DNA of 64,000 nt from Octopus vulgaris (Eukaryota). The notes below the pieces were generated by a model that worked only from the letters and a program-made list of their open reading frames with translations, had not been told where the DNA came from and did not search any database. The position numbers and the translations under genes were made by a program. The stretch covers positions 26,722,001-26,786,000 of the forward strand of contig OX597824.1 of NCBI GenBank assembly GCA_951406725.2. The letters run 5' to 3'. The first letter of the stretch is position 1, and every line of letters begins with the position of its first letter. Positions 1-13,701 of this stretch are shown here, piece by piece.

Positions 1-90
1 CACCTGCCCAAGGGACACGCAGTGAGACTGAACACGGAACCTTGTGGTTGGGAAGCAAAGTTTTTAACACTCAGCCACGCCTTCACCCAC
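1..90 (-). mobile_element. SINE family B, 5' head fragment
   Basis: Reverse complement reads ggcgtggctgagtgttaaaaactttgcttcccaaccacaaggttccgtgttcagtctcactgcgtgtcccttgggcaggtg, matching the head of the full copy at 19348-19797. Confidence 0.8.
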
Positions 91-146
91 ATACGTATAA
101 TATTATGCAACACGTACGAACACACATATATATGTATATTTATTTG

Positions 147-196
<50 letters not shown>

Positions 197-395
197 CAAA
201 TTGAGATAGGGGTTGTGAGTGCAACCCACCATGGGATAACAATATCCAATATATTGCCAGTAAAGCACCCAACAAAGTTATTACATAAATGTTAAGAATT
301 GCGATGCAATTAATTCATTTATTGTATTATATGGGCGAAGGTAAAATGTTTTACCACAAATTTATAATACAAAATAAGAGGTAATAATTTTTTAC

Positions 396-695
396 AACTA
401 AAAATAAGGGTGTCTGAGAGACACCATCATGCTGAAATAGCAGTCAAATCCCTGACTCTAAAAACCACGTTAAATGTTCATATCGCATCATGAGATAAGA
501 CAGAGGGACAAAATAGACTAGCAAAAAGATATTACTGAATAATTCAAATATATTCAGTAATATCTTTTTGCTAGTCTATTTTGTCCCTCTGTCTTATCTC
601 ATGGTGCGATATGAACATTTAACGTGGTTTTTAGAGTCAGGGATTTGACTGCTATTTCAGCATGGTGGTGTCTCTGAGACACCTTTATTTTTAGT

Positions 696-696
<1 letters not shown>
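396..696. repeat. Long inverted repeat: 146-bp arms, 9-nt spacer
   Basis: 396-541 is the reverse complement of 551-696 with about 4 mismatches. The unit 195-696 is bounded by (TA)n. Confidence 0.95.
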
Positions 697-975
<279 letters not shown>

Positions 976-1558
976 GACATATTCCTATAATCTTTTTGTC
1001 TTTGAGTATCTGATTTAGTCTAACCATAAATCCTAAAATTCACCAACTCGTTGTCATATAACCTAACTACAATTTATTTCTGTCATAACAACAACAACAA
1101 GACCCCGCCACCACCGCCACCACCACCAACAACAATAACGAAACAAGTAATTATATATTTTTTGTATATTCTAAACAACTTAATGAATGTCTATCTGGAT
1201 GATATTAAAATAAAATAAGCCAATATTAAATTGAAATAAAATACAAAAAACATGGAACAAAAATACAGCTGGTAAATTGTATGTGTGTGTGTGTGTGTGT
1301 CTGTGTGTGCGTGTGAGTGAAAGAGAGAGTGAAAGAGATACAGAGAAAGAAATTAGGAGAGAGAGAGAGTAAATGATAGACACACGGTCAGACATTTACA
1401 GCTTTGAGTGCTGACATTTATTTATGTGACACTTCAGTTGGGATTGAAACCAGAACTATTTAATCTCTATTAGCCTACATTAGATTGAGAAATAATAATA
1501 CGGAATAACGTTTCTTGACTGAATACACACACACACACATACATACATACATACACAC

Positions 1559-1611
<53 letters not shown>

Positions 1612-2290
1612 TAAGAAACAGGCTTGGCTGTGTGGTTATGAAGCGAGTTTTACAATCACGTGGTTTCGGATACAGTCGAACTGCACGTCTCTTGTACATA
1701 TGTCTTCTATTAAAGACCCTGGCCGACCAAAGCCTTCTGAGTGAATTCAGTAGACGGAAACTATGAGGAAGAAAATGTTCTCTAGCCGGTAAATTGACTG
1801 CTGTAGTTTATTAACTGCAGAGTAAATTCCGATCTCAGCGCGCCAAAGTGAAGACATTTGGAAGATACACATAAATATACATTGTGGAACTTTATACAAT
1901 ACTGGATTTCGGTCGAGTGCCCTGTATCTAGTTCTAGAAATTATGTTTCGCAAACGACAGACTATGCTGATGATCTTGCAGATGTTCGCGTGTACATATA
2001 CGTGAATATTAACAAGTGAAACTAATTAGTACATAGGTAATCGTTTTTATTTCGTATATTTTCATTTGTCTTGCTTATTTTTTACGCTTTGGTTTTTTGT
2101 TGAACTTTTTCTTGAGAACACATTCTCCGTGGAAAATGGCGATTTTGACGTCTATATCTAGCATACAGGCTGTCCACGTTTAGTGGTCAATCCGCTAAAT
2201 TTTGTATGTAAAAAAAAATTTAAACTTCGGATTTTTAAATATGCTAGGCCACTGGTTTTAATTGACTAATATCAATTTCTACCCTTATTT

Positions 2291-2389
<99 letters not shown>

Positions 2390-3500
2390 AAGGTGACTCC
2401 AGGTCATCAGCGTCACTCGGTCTCATCACAAATTTCGCACAAGACAAACCTGTTCGAAGAATTTCACGTTTTCCCCGCTTTATTTCTAGTCCCAAATGGC
2501 TTGTTTTGTTTTTAATATCTAGTACTATGTCTTTCTCCATTTCAAAATTAAAGGTAAAAATAAATCAACCCTGCAAAACACAACAGATCTTTACACTCAG
2601 ACGTACAGAATGACAGCAATCAAATAATGACAGCAGAGTGCACAACAAACATCAGCGGTCTGGCTGTCCACTGTACCCTTGACAAGAGATGCCAGTTATG
2701 TATTGCGGGTTTGAATTGTGTAGGAGGAGGGTTGGGGGGGGGAGTATTGCACGGAGTTCGAGCCTCGAGTGAATTCTGAATTTGATGTTAAGATGTTTTG
2801 GGCAGTGTTTACCGCATATTCTTCACACTGTGCAAATGTTGCAGCGCTCTCGGCGGCGTTACATAACAATGACGTAATTTTAATGGCTTCGTCGTCGTCG
2901 TCGTCGTCGTCGTCGGAGGAGTAACGTCCATGACTCTATTCAGAGACTCCATGACTCTATTCTGAGATCCCATGACTGGTAGGAGAAAGTGGGGAAAATT
3001 TATCTTAAACCGGAGATCTTGTCTGAATATTTATAACGCGGTGGACTCCGATAAATTCAACCAGCAGTCACGTGGTACTATTAAACCCAGCTTGAGAACT
3101 AAGCCTACCCATCAAATTTGCACAAAGAAGCAAAACTTTGGCAACGAAAGGAAACAAATCATTAATCATAAAACAATTACCAATCTAGATTCGTTTATTC
3201 ATATCATTAGTTTTTACACTAATTGATTTTCACCAAAAATCGTGAATGCTAAAATGTCTCATTTACGCGAGACATTTTTCTTGGCTCCATTGATTCAGAA
3301 TTAAGCTGTCAACACAAATAGCTTGACGCCATCATCACAACCTCATGGCTGTCTTGAATATATGACGACGTTCTAATTAAGGATTTTTCATAAAATATAA
3401 TTTTTGTCATATTTTTGCATGTCTCTCTTGTTGTTTGTTTGGTAACAGAAGTTTTTAAATTCAACTTGAACATTTCAGTAATATTATCCCCTTATCTTGA

Positions 3501-3901
3501 AGGCATTGATTTGGTGGAATTCTTAGCACGCCGATCACAAACGCTTAGTGGTATTTCGTCTGTTTTTACGTTCTGAGTTCAAATTCCGTCGAGGGTAAAC
3601 TTTGCCTTTTATCCTTTTTGGGTCGATAAAATAAGTTCCAGTTGAGCCCTGGGGTCGATGTAATCGACTTAATCCGTCTGCCTGTCTGTCCTTGTTTGTC
3701 CCCTCTGTGTTTAGCCCCTTGTGGGTAGTAAAGAAATAGGTATTTCGTCTGTTTTTACGTTCTGAGTTCAAATTCCGTCGAGGGTAAACTTTGCCTTTTA
3801 TCATTTTGGGGTCAATAAAATAAGTTCCAGTTGAGCACTGGGGTCGATGTAAACGAATTAACCTATCCCCACACTTGCTGGCACTATGCCAAAATTTGAA
3901 G
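3501..3901 (+). mobile_element. SINE family A dimer (body + tail 2, then body + tail 1)
   Basis: tRNA-like head with B-box-like gagttcaaattcc and central gcctt(t/c)atcc..gggtcgataaaataag. The body restarts at gtatttcgtc immediately after the tail ...gtgggtagtaaagaaatag. Confidence 0.9.
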
Positions 3902-3998
3902 TGAAGATTATTCCTTATCTTCAAGATATTTACAATAGAAAGGAAATTCGCACCACGACACTGAGCCTCGTAGATACACACATACATGCATACATGTA

Positions 3999-4203
3999 CA
4001 GGGTCTCCATAAATTGCCTTTACAATTTGAAAAATTGGCAAAACAAGAAGAAAAATAAGGATAACTCAGCAAAGTTCTTTGGAAAATATAGGAAAACAAA
4101 TAAAGAATTATTAAAAGCACAAGAACGCTTCTATGAGGGCTCCATTGTTTGCACGCAATGATCTAATGAAGAAGAGGCTGTAAAGTTAATTTATGGACAC
4201 TGT
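3999..4203. mobile_element. Tc1/mariner-type MITE
   Basis: TA then cagggtctccataaattgcctttaca at the left, and imperfect inverted tgtaaagttaatttatggacactg at the right. Confidence 0.55.
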
Positions 4204-5055
4204 TTATTACGAGATACATCAGATATACGGATGATATAACCTCGCTAAAGGATGACGCAGAAAACGTAGTGAAAGGTGACCAAATACTAAATATAAATTA
4301 TTTACGGTTACTATTTAGAGGTCGCACTTTAAGGTTCAATGAAAATCAAAGATGACACCAAGTAACTTCCGACAAAAAGTTTTACAGAAGGTAATCGGAA
4401 CGGAAGTTACCATGATTCCACGGCATCTTCTCGCGCCTGTGTAGATGGGTTCCTCAAATTTAAATCGAATCGTAAATATTTTATCTATCTTAAAATCCGT
4501 CATCTTTTACTCGTTCCAGTCATTAGACTGAGGCCATGCTGGGGTACCACCTTGAATTTTTTGTCGAATGAATCGATTCTAGTACTTTTTTTTTAAAGTC
4601 TATTTTGTTGCTTGTTGCGATCTGTTGTCGAACCACTAAGTTATGGGGATGCTAACATACCAACACAGATTGTCAAGCGGTGGTGGGATAAACACAGACA
4701 GCAAGAAATACGTACACATATTCACACACATACATACACATATTTGTAATTGTGGCCTACTTTAGTATATTTTTGTACTCATCTTTACCTTACATGACTT
4801 GAGGGCCTGAAATCTGTGAAGAAATTATTATTAAGGCGGTACGCTGCCAGAATCGTTACCATGCCGGGTAAAATGCTTGGCGGCATTTAGTCCGGCTTTA
4901 CATTCTGAGTTCAAATTGGCTATCATCCTTTTGGGGTTAATACCATTCAAACACTGGGATCGATGTAATCGACTTCACCTCTCCTCCAAATTTTCAGACC
5001 TTGTGCCTATAGTAGAAAGGATCATCATCATCATCATCATCATCATTATTATTAT

Positions 5056-5581
5056 GACCCATATCTAGTTAGCACCTTCCTTGTCTTTCTGTCTAAGCTA
5101 TTTAGTTCGTCTACTGTCGATGCGATCACCCCTGCTCCATATCTAAGGAGTGAAACCGCCCAAGTGTTGATAGCTTCGATCTTATTCCGTCCACTTATTT
5201 TCGACTTAAGGATAAGCGTCAGTCTGCGCAATTACTCCACCTTAAATTTTTCTGTCATTTCTTTCTCCATCAATTTATCCATTTCCAAAATCCCCAAGTA
5301 CTTATAGGTCGTCTCTTCTATCTGCTTTATAACCTCTCATGACGGTATTTGATTTTGCTTCTTTTCAAGACTAACACACCACACTTTCTCTGTCCGAACT
5401 CCATTCTGTTATTAGAACTGAAAGTATACACCTTATCAACGAGGGAACTGACTTGAGCTTCATTCTTACCATAGAGTTTCAGGTCATCCATGAATAACAA
5501 CTGGTTGACTTTTTGTTGGCGGCTTTTGAATACATACCTAGCTTTTGCTTTCCTCAGAATCAGTGTTAGTGGTATCAAGCA

Positions 5582-5584
<3 letters not shown>
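5056..5584 (-). mobile_element. Non-LTR retrotransposon RT fragment, R4/Dong-like, degraded
   Basis: Translates CLIPLTLIL...VNQLLFMDDLKLYGK...MEFGQRKC, then after a frameshift YKYLGILE...LRRLTLILKSKISGRNKIEAINTWAVSLLRYGAG...ELNSLDRKTRKVL. This is typical of R4/Dong RT. It is flanked on both sides by (TAA)n on its sense strand. Confidence 0.85.
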
Positions 5585-5639
<55 letters not shown>

Positions 5640-5640
5640 T

Positions 5641-5682
<42 letters not shown>

Positions 5683-5986
5683 AGGCAGCGAGCAGGCAGA
5701 TACGTTAGTACGCCGAACAAAATATTTAGCTGGGTTTCATCATCCCTTACATTCTGAGTTCAAATTCCGCCGAGGTTGAATTTGCCTTCCACCCTTTCAG
5801 GGTCGATGAAATAAGTACCACCTGAACACTGGTGTTCATGTAATCGAATATTCCCCTCCCCCAAAATTGCTGGCCTTGTTGCAAAATTTGAAATCATCAT
5901 CAACGTCATCATCATCATCATCATTATTATAATTATAATTATTATTATTGTTATTATTGTTATTATTATTATTATTGTTATTATTG

Positions 5987-6068
<82 letters not shown>

Positions 6069-6290
6069 CAAGGCAGCGAGCTGGCAGAAACGCTAGCATG
6101 CCGGACAAAATAATTAGCAGCATTCCATCTGTCGCTAGGTTCCGTGTTCAAATTCCAACGGGAGTCGACCTTGCCTTTCATCCTTTCGAGGTCGATAAAA
6201 TAAGTATCATTCAAGCGCTGGGATCGATGTAATCAACTTATCCCCCTCCCTTCGAAATCGCAGTCACTGTGTGCCAAAATTTGAAATCTT
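5584..6290 (+). mobile_element. Two SINE A (tail 1) copies (about 5682-5893 and 6070-6287) within (ATT)n/(AGT)n tracts
   Basis: Each runs aggcagcgagc..gcaga..cgttag head, B-box, central domain, then ...gtgccaaaatttgaaa-type tail. Confidence 0.85.
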
Positions 6291-6319
6291 TATCCTTCTC
6301 TTTTGTGGTAGTTAGTGTA

Positions 6320-8282
6320 GCAATCACTGCTGCTGCTGCTGGAAAATGGCGGTGGCGGTGGTGGTGGTGCTGCTGCTGATGCTGTTGCTGATATTTTTTA
6401 ATCTCTTTATTGACAACAATTAAAAATGGCTACGTTCAAATGCGATGCTGTTTATTGACTTATAAATATGAAAATAACATCGAACATGGCTCCCGATATC
6501 CATCAATCTCGCAGTATGTTTCTCCCTCTTCCACCGTCACTCTATTCACACCATCACTCTCCTCTCCCAACTCTCTTTATCTCTATTCTGTTCTTCTTTC
6601 CTTCCTTCCTTCCATACTTTTATTTCTCGCCTTTATTATGCTTTTACTTAACATTTTTATAAATTATAATTTTTTAAAAACTTCTTTACATTTTCTAAAC
6701 GTTTCATTTAATTGATTAACGGCTCCAGTGGCAGCAGATGTTGTTATTGCTACCCGTATTATTCGTTAGCAATTCTGTTATTCTTGTTTTCGTTAATATT
6801 GTTGTTGCTGCTAGTGTTACAGTTGTTGCTATTGTTTTTGTTGCGATCGTTGCTGTTGTTGTTATATTGTTTCTGACTCTTTTTTTGTTGTTGTTGCTAT
6901 TATGCATTTGTTGCCGGTTTAGTTGTTGCTGTTGTCATTGCTGCTGTTTATATCGTTGTTCTTGCAGTTGATGTTTTCTGTTGTTGACGCTGTTGTTGCT
7001 GTAGTTGTTGTTGTTAATATTGCTGTTGCTTTTGCCTTAGTTGTTATTATTGATTTGTTTTTGTTGTCCTGTTATTGTTGCAATTGGTAATTTTTGTTGC
7101 CAACGTTGTCGCTGCTGTCTTCTTCTTCTTCTTCTTCTTCTTCTTCTTCTTCTTCTTCTTCTTCTTCTTCTTCTTCTTCTTCTTCTTCTGCCTCTTCCAA
7201 TCAGGAATCCCACCATTAGCCACAAAGAATAATCTCTAATTCGAGCCTACTCTAAGCTACTAAGAATGCGTGTAGCAACTTCAAGATCCACCCACCACAC
7301 ACGATAGACTGGCGGTTGCACGGGTGCGAAAGCTACGTTGTTATACTCATTCCGTAAACGGTGGCTTTTAACAGGTGGAGAACTGAACCACCCTGGGGTA
7401 CAGAGCATTCGCAATCTAGACTAGGTTCTGAAAGTTTACCACAACATAATGGGTTACACCATGGTTCCTCTGCTTTGTGGCAGAAGTAGGAGGAAAGAGT
7501 GAGTAAAAGTTGTGGCTAAAGAGTACAGCAGGCCTCCCCCCCACCGCCGGAGCCTTGTGGATCTTAGGTGTTTTTGCTCAATAAACACTCACAATGCCCT
7601 GTCTGAGAATCGAAATCGCGTTCTTACCACTGCGATTCCGCTGGATGCTATTGTTGTTTTTGATTGTGTTGTAGCTGTAGCTGTTGTTCCTGCCATTGTT
7701 GCTTGTTATAATCGTTTTGATAATTAATAATGGTTTTAAATCCTGATACAAGGCCAGTAATTTCGTGAGAGAGATGAAGTCGATTACATCGACGCCAGTG
7801 CTCAACTGGTACTTATTTTATCAACCCCCGAAAGGATAAAAAGTGAAGTCAACCTCTACAGGACTTGAACTCAGAAGTCAAAGACGGACGAAATACCTAT
7901 TTCTTTACTGCTCACAAGGGGCTAAACACAGAGAGGACAAACAAGGACAGACAAACGGATTAAGTCGATTATGTCGAGCCTAGTTCGTAACTGGTACTTA
8001 TTTAATCGACCCCGAAGGGATGAAAGGCAAAGTCGGCCTCGGTGGAATTTGAACTCAGAACGTAGCGGCAGACGAAATACTGCAAAGCCTTTCGCCCGGC
8101 GTGCTAACGATTCAGCTAGTTCTGCACCTTGTTTTTAGTAACTGACAATAACATTAGAGATTTAGTAGCTATGGTTATTCTGTGCTATAGTTATAGTCAA
8201 ACTTGCTTTTATACTAGCTGTTATTTGCTTCCTATCACTACTTCTGATGTTATTGTAATTGCTGCTATTGACGTAGTAGTAT

Positions 8283-8314
<32 letters not shown>

Positions 8315-8315
8315 A

Positions 8316-8348
<33 letters not shown>

Positions 8349-8539
8349 CAGCTGCAGCAGCAACAACAGCAGTACTATTAGGTCTTGTTGTCGAGACAGT
8401 TGTGGTCGTCGTCGTTCCCGTTTACAATCTTTGTTGTTGTAACTGTTATAACTGCTGCAGTGATTGTTATTATTATGTTTGCTGCAACTGTAGTAGTAGT
8501 AGTAGTAGTAGTAGTAGCAGTAGTAGCAGTAGTAGTAGC

Positions 8540-8577
<38 letters not shown>

Positions 8578-8919
8578 CAGCAGCAGCAGTAGTAATAGTA
8601 GTAGTAGTAGTAACTGTTGTTGTGCCTGCTGCCGATGATGAAGTTGCTATCGTTCTTATTGCTCGTTGCTCTTGTTCTTGTTGCCCGCCGAAAAAACTTT
8701 TATTATTATTTCTTTTCTTTTCTTTTTGTTGTTTTGTTATTGTTGTTATTCTTGCCATTGTTATTCGTTATTACCGACGTGATTATCGGCCATCATTTGC
8801 TGCTGTTATTCCTGTTACCGTTATTGTTGCTGTTGTTATTGTAATTCGTAGAATTTTCTTTCTTTTTCAAATGTGGAATTCCAGTTTTATTATTTTTGTC
8901 ATTCTTCCTTAAACAAATG

Positions 8920-8959
<40 letters not shown>

Positions 8960-9760
8960 ACCTCAGAATCACTCACTCACTCACTCACTCGCTCACTCTT
9001 CTTTCTCTCTTTCTCTTTTCCCCCTTCTCTCTCTGCAGTAAAAATTCATTTTTCTGATTTAAACTAATCTTTGCAATGGCCATCCATCATGACCAAACTA
9101 TCGTCTGCTCCATCCAGTTTTTTTCTTTTCTTTTCTCCTTATCTTCCTCTCTTTCTTCATTCATACACGTTATTTATTTATTTATTTAATTATTTATTTG
9201 AATTCTTAGTGTTGTTGTTTTGTTTTGCTGTTGTATTTCATTTCGTCTTTTTTTTTTTTTTTATCAAACTGTGCTTTGTGGGGGATTTTAACAATGCTTT
9301 TACTGATGATAGCAGTGATGATGATGACGATGAAGAAGAAGACGAAGAAGAAGAAGAAGAAGAAGAAGAAGAAGAAGAAGAAGAAGAAGAAGAAGAAGAA
9401 TAGAGAACGTAAAGGAAAAGAACATAAAAGAGAATAAAATAAAATGAAGGGGAGGAGGAAGAAAATGATCCAGAAACATATTTATTAATGACTTTGCAAT
9501 AGAGCAAATACAAATGAACTGATGGTGATGATGATGATTATAATGACGATGATGATGAAGGGAATCAAAGGAAAAGGGGTGGAAGGATGAAAGGATGAAT
9601 GATGATGATGATGATGCTCGTGATGTTGATGAGTAAAATAGGAGGAGGAGCAGTAGCAACATCATCAGCAGGGAAATTGTGAAGGATCGTTGAGAAGTAA
9701 GGAAAAGCAATAGTAAGGAGAGAAGACTGAAAAAAACAACAACAACATGAAAATGAAGAC
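6320..9760. repeat. Trinucleotide and low-complexity zone: (TTG)n-like, (TTC)n, (AGT)n, (GAA)n, (GAT)n, (CT)n
   Basis: Visible pure and degenerate triplet runs, which produce the homopolymeric ORFs in the track. Confidence 0.85.
7732..8129 (-). mobile_element. SINE A dimer: a near-consensus tail-2 unit inside a diverged tail-1 copy
   Basis: Junction reads gacgaaatac-ctatttctttact on the + strand. One head, two bodies. Confidence 0.85.
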
Positions 9761-9858
9761 CCCCCCCACGAACGAACAAGTATGAAACATGAAACATAAC
9801 AAATGATGAATCTCCTTTACATAAACTTAAAGATCCCAGCACATTACTGGTGCTTATT

Positions 9859-9921
<63 letters not shown>

Positions 9922-10075
9922 AGTATAGGAAAGAATGGAGCTGAACGAAGATTTAACAAAATTCCTTTATTTTATTTTCGACATATGTTTCAACCGTGCT
10001 CTTTCTGTTGTGAGTTTGCTACCCAGGTATCGGTTATCTTTCGAATTATCCCTAATAAGATAATTCATTTATCTA

Positions 10076-10151
<76 letters not shown>

Positions 10152-10152
10152 A

Positions 10153-10196
<44 letters not shown>

Positions 10197-10310
10197 CAGG
10201 TGCAATCGTGGCTGTGAGGTAAGAAGATTTCTTCCCAGCCACATAGTCCCGGCTCCAGTCCCAAAGCATTGTGAATAGATTTGGTAGACAGAAAGTGAAA
10301 GAAGCCCGTC

Positions 10311-10376
<66 letters not shown>

Positions 10377-10470
10377 GTCGAACCGCTAAGTTGCGGGGAC
10401 TTAAACACACCACCAACATCGGCTGTTATGTGAGGGTGCGAGTACAAACACAGACACACAAATATATACG

Positions 10471-10519
<49 letters not shown>

Positions 10520-10635
10520 TAGCAGTTCGGCGAATGAGCCCGATAAAATAAGTGCTAGGCTTAAAATTTGTTGGGCTAAGGGCGGTGCTCCAAAATGGCG
10601 GTAGTCAAATGACTGAAACACGTAAGAGAGTAAAA

Positions 10636-10637
<2 letters not shown>
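10197..10637 (+). mobile_element. SINE family B with internal (TA)n expansions, rearranged
   Basis: gtggctgtgaggtaagaag head, gatttggtagacagaaagtgaaagaagcccgtcg, and tail ggcggtgctcc...gtcaaatgactgaaac. Confidence 0.8.
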
Positions 10638-10706
<69 letters not shown>

Positions 10707-11119
10707 GGGAGTATAACTCCAAACTTACAGGGAAAAATTCAATTTAGTATTAAATCAAATTTCACAATATAAATATATAATATATAAATTAGAGAAAAAA
10801 CACTAATATGCAATTCAAACAATGATTCTCTAATTTATATATATATATATAAGTATATATAAATTGTGAGTGGTATAAGAATAATGACTGATCGTACCAT
10901 TACAAATGTCATTAGTTTAGCTAATGCTTGATCAAGGTGCTGATTTTGCTTCCACTTTATATTTCCTTTGTATTATTACTGTAGAGTCAGTTGCATATAA
11001 TTGCTTGCTTTTTCGTAAATGGTGATCGGAGAGTCTTTAAGGGCTATGTATATATGTATGTGTGTGTGTGAATATATATATATATGTGTATGTATGTATA
11101 TATATTTATGCATACATAC

Positions 11120-11191
<72 letters not shown>

Positions 11192-11412
11192 GTGTGTGTC
11201 TGTATGTATGTATGTATTTATATAAAAGAAATGTTTGCTGCCACTTAAACATGGCTGTTCCGTACAGAACTACGTTACTACTGTTTTTTTAACCCCAGGA
11301 GAACATCTCCTTCAACTGGTTAACGACACAACCTGTGTCTGATATAGAACTACTGACTTCGCTTATATATATGTATATGTGTGTGTATATATATATATAT
11401 ATACACACACAC

Positions 11413-11491
<79 letters not shown>

Positions 11492-11739
11492 AATTAAAAT
11501 GGAGGACAAGAGATGGAACGAACCGACGAATCGAAAACGAACACGTATATTTATTTATATATGCATGTATATATACATGTAGATGTAGGTACGTACATAT
11601 ATGTTTGTATGTATGCATATATTTTAATTATTACATATATATATATAAGGGAGTTTTCAGAAAAAGTAAAATAAAAGCCGAATTTAGGTGGTGTAGACAA
11701 CAAACAGATGTATTATTTTAACGCTCGGGAAGTGAAAAA

Positions 11740-11778
11740 GTCTTTAACGTTTCGAGCCTACACTCTTCCACAGAAAGG
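11740..11778 (-). ncRNA. Minimal hammerhead-ribozyme-like motif with variant core, Penelope-type
   Basis: Minus strand reads cttt-CTGTGGA-a-gag-tgtagg-ctc-GAAAC-gt-TA-aagac. Position 6 of the CUGANGA core is U rather than A. Confidence 0.5.
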
Positions 11779-11867
11779 AACACAGAAAGAAACAAGGAGA
11801 GAAAATAAAGAATGCGTAGTGGCTAGCGATCTATCATGGCGAATGCCGACAGAGAGGTCACACAGGA

Positions 11868-12203
11868 GAATCGACCCTAGGACTTATTCTTTTTAACCCT
11901 AGTACTTATTCTATCGTTCTCTTTTGCCAAACCGCTAAGTTACGGGGACCTAAACACACCAGCATCGGTTGTCAAGCGATGTTAGGGTTGGGGGACAAAC
12001 ACACACAGATGCACAGCATATATACACATACATATAAATATATATACATATATGCGACAGGCTCCTTTCAGTTTCCGTATACCAAATCCACTTACAAGGC
12101 TTTGGTCGGTCCAAGGCTATAGTAGAAGATATTTGGCCAGGACTGAACCCGGAACTATTTGGCTAGTAAGCAAGTTACTTACCACACAGCCACTCCTGCG
12201 CCT
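11868..12203 (-). mobile_element. SINE family B
   Basis: Head aggcgcaggagtggctgtgtggtaagtaac on the minus strand; body matches 19348-19797. Confidence 0.85.
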
Positions 12204-12838
12204 ATGTATGTATGTATATATGTATACATGTATGCATGCACGTATATTTGTGTGTGCATGATGCAAAGGTTAAGGTGACCAAATGCAAGACATACGGACG
12301 TTGAAGTTCAACAAGTGATGCTGATGTCGAGCCGGGCAGAATGTTGCTGCCGCTGCCGCTGCAGCTTCTGCTGTTATTGATGACGATTAGGATGATGATG
12401 ATGATTTGGATGATGACAAGGATTAGGAAGATGATAGGGATTAAGATGATGATGGTTTAGATGTTAACGGTGATGAATAGCAAAGCGCTAAATACTCACG
12501 CTCGTACGCATGCACGCACTCATACGTACGCAACCGATACACATTCCGATGATCTGAACAAACAACGCAGAATCAACAAGGTTTAAATACTGAACTCTCT
12601 ACAAACAGCCATTTTTTAAATTCTGTTCTTTTTTTTTCTCATATCACTTGTTTTTCTTAATACATGTGTATATTTGAATGCATGTGTCTATGTATGTATG
12701 CATGTATGTATGTGTGTATGTGGCTGTTTATGTACGTTTGTGTGTGATTATATATATGAGTGTATGTGTGTGTAAGCATTTGTACCTATATATATACATA
12801 CATATATACACACATCTACATATATATATATACATATA

Positions 12839-12879
<41 letters not shown>

Positions 12880-12951
12880 GTATATATATAATTATTAGCA
12901 TATAAATATATGCATATATATACATGTATATATATATGTGTGTGTGTGTGA

Positions 12952-13005
<54 letters not shown>

Positions 13006-13431
13006 GTGTATTTATATGTGTATATCCCCCCCACACACACACATACACATGCACGAGCATGTTTGCATGTATCAGAATTCATCTTTTCTCGTTTCGGGTT
13101 GTTTTCGTTTGTTCATCACAATTTTTGTATCTTTGACTGATTTTGTTTTCTTTAATTTCTGAAAAATAATTATTCATCTTTCTTTTTTCATCTATGCATA
13201 TACATTAAAAAAAACAAAAAAACAATTATTATTTCCATAACCTTTATTGTTGTTGTTCTGGTTGACGTTGCCGTTGATATTATCGTTATTTTTGGCTACT
13301 GGACTGTGTACTCTTTTCTTTTAAGCCACAACGAGAGGAACCTACACAAAAATATTAGTGAGAGATTGATGGCTAAACGATGGGATGTTATGTTTTTAGA
13401 TTGCGATACACTGTGTGTATTGATTGTCTCC

Positions 13432-13700
13432 AGTTCTTCTTCTTCTTCTTCTTCTTCTTCTTCTTCTTCTTCTTCTTCTTCTTCGTCGTCGTCGTCGTCT
13501 TCTCCCCCTCCTCCTCCTCCACCTTCTTCTTCTTCGTATTCTTCCCCTCCTCCTCCTCCTCCTCCTCCTCCTTCTTCTTCTTCTTCTTCTTCTTCTTCTT
13601 CTTCTTCTCCTTCTTCGTATTCTTCCCCTCCTCCCATCCTCCTCCTCCTCCTCCTTCTTCTTCTTCTTCTTCTTCTTCTTCTTTCTTCTTCTTCTTCTCC
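13432..13700. repeat. (TTC)n/(TCC)n/(TCG)n polypyrimidine triplet tract
   Basis: Visible directly; about 270 nt of almost pure pyrimidine on the + strand. Confidence 0.95.
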
Positions 13701-13701
13701 T

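Noticed and set aside
2289-2980. Minus-strand ORF MEKDIVLD..., bZIP-like motifs and a 21-bp x2.5 tandem (ccatgactctattc)
   Set aside because: No recognisable homology, the ORF runs into microsatellite, and the motifs are too short to support a call.
8129-9959. Poly-V/S/T/E/L ORFs resembling membrane or low-complexity proteins
   Set aside because: Triplet repeats open in several frames and on both strands; no domain signal.
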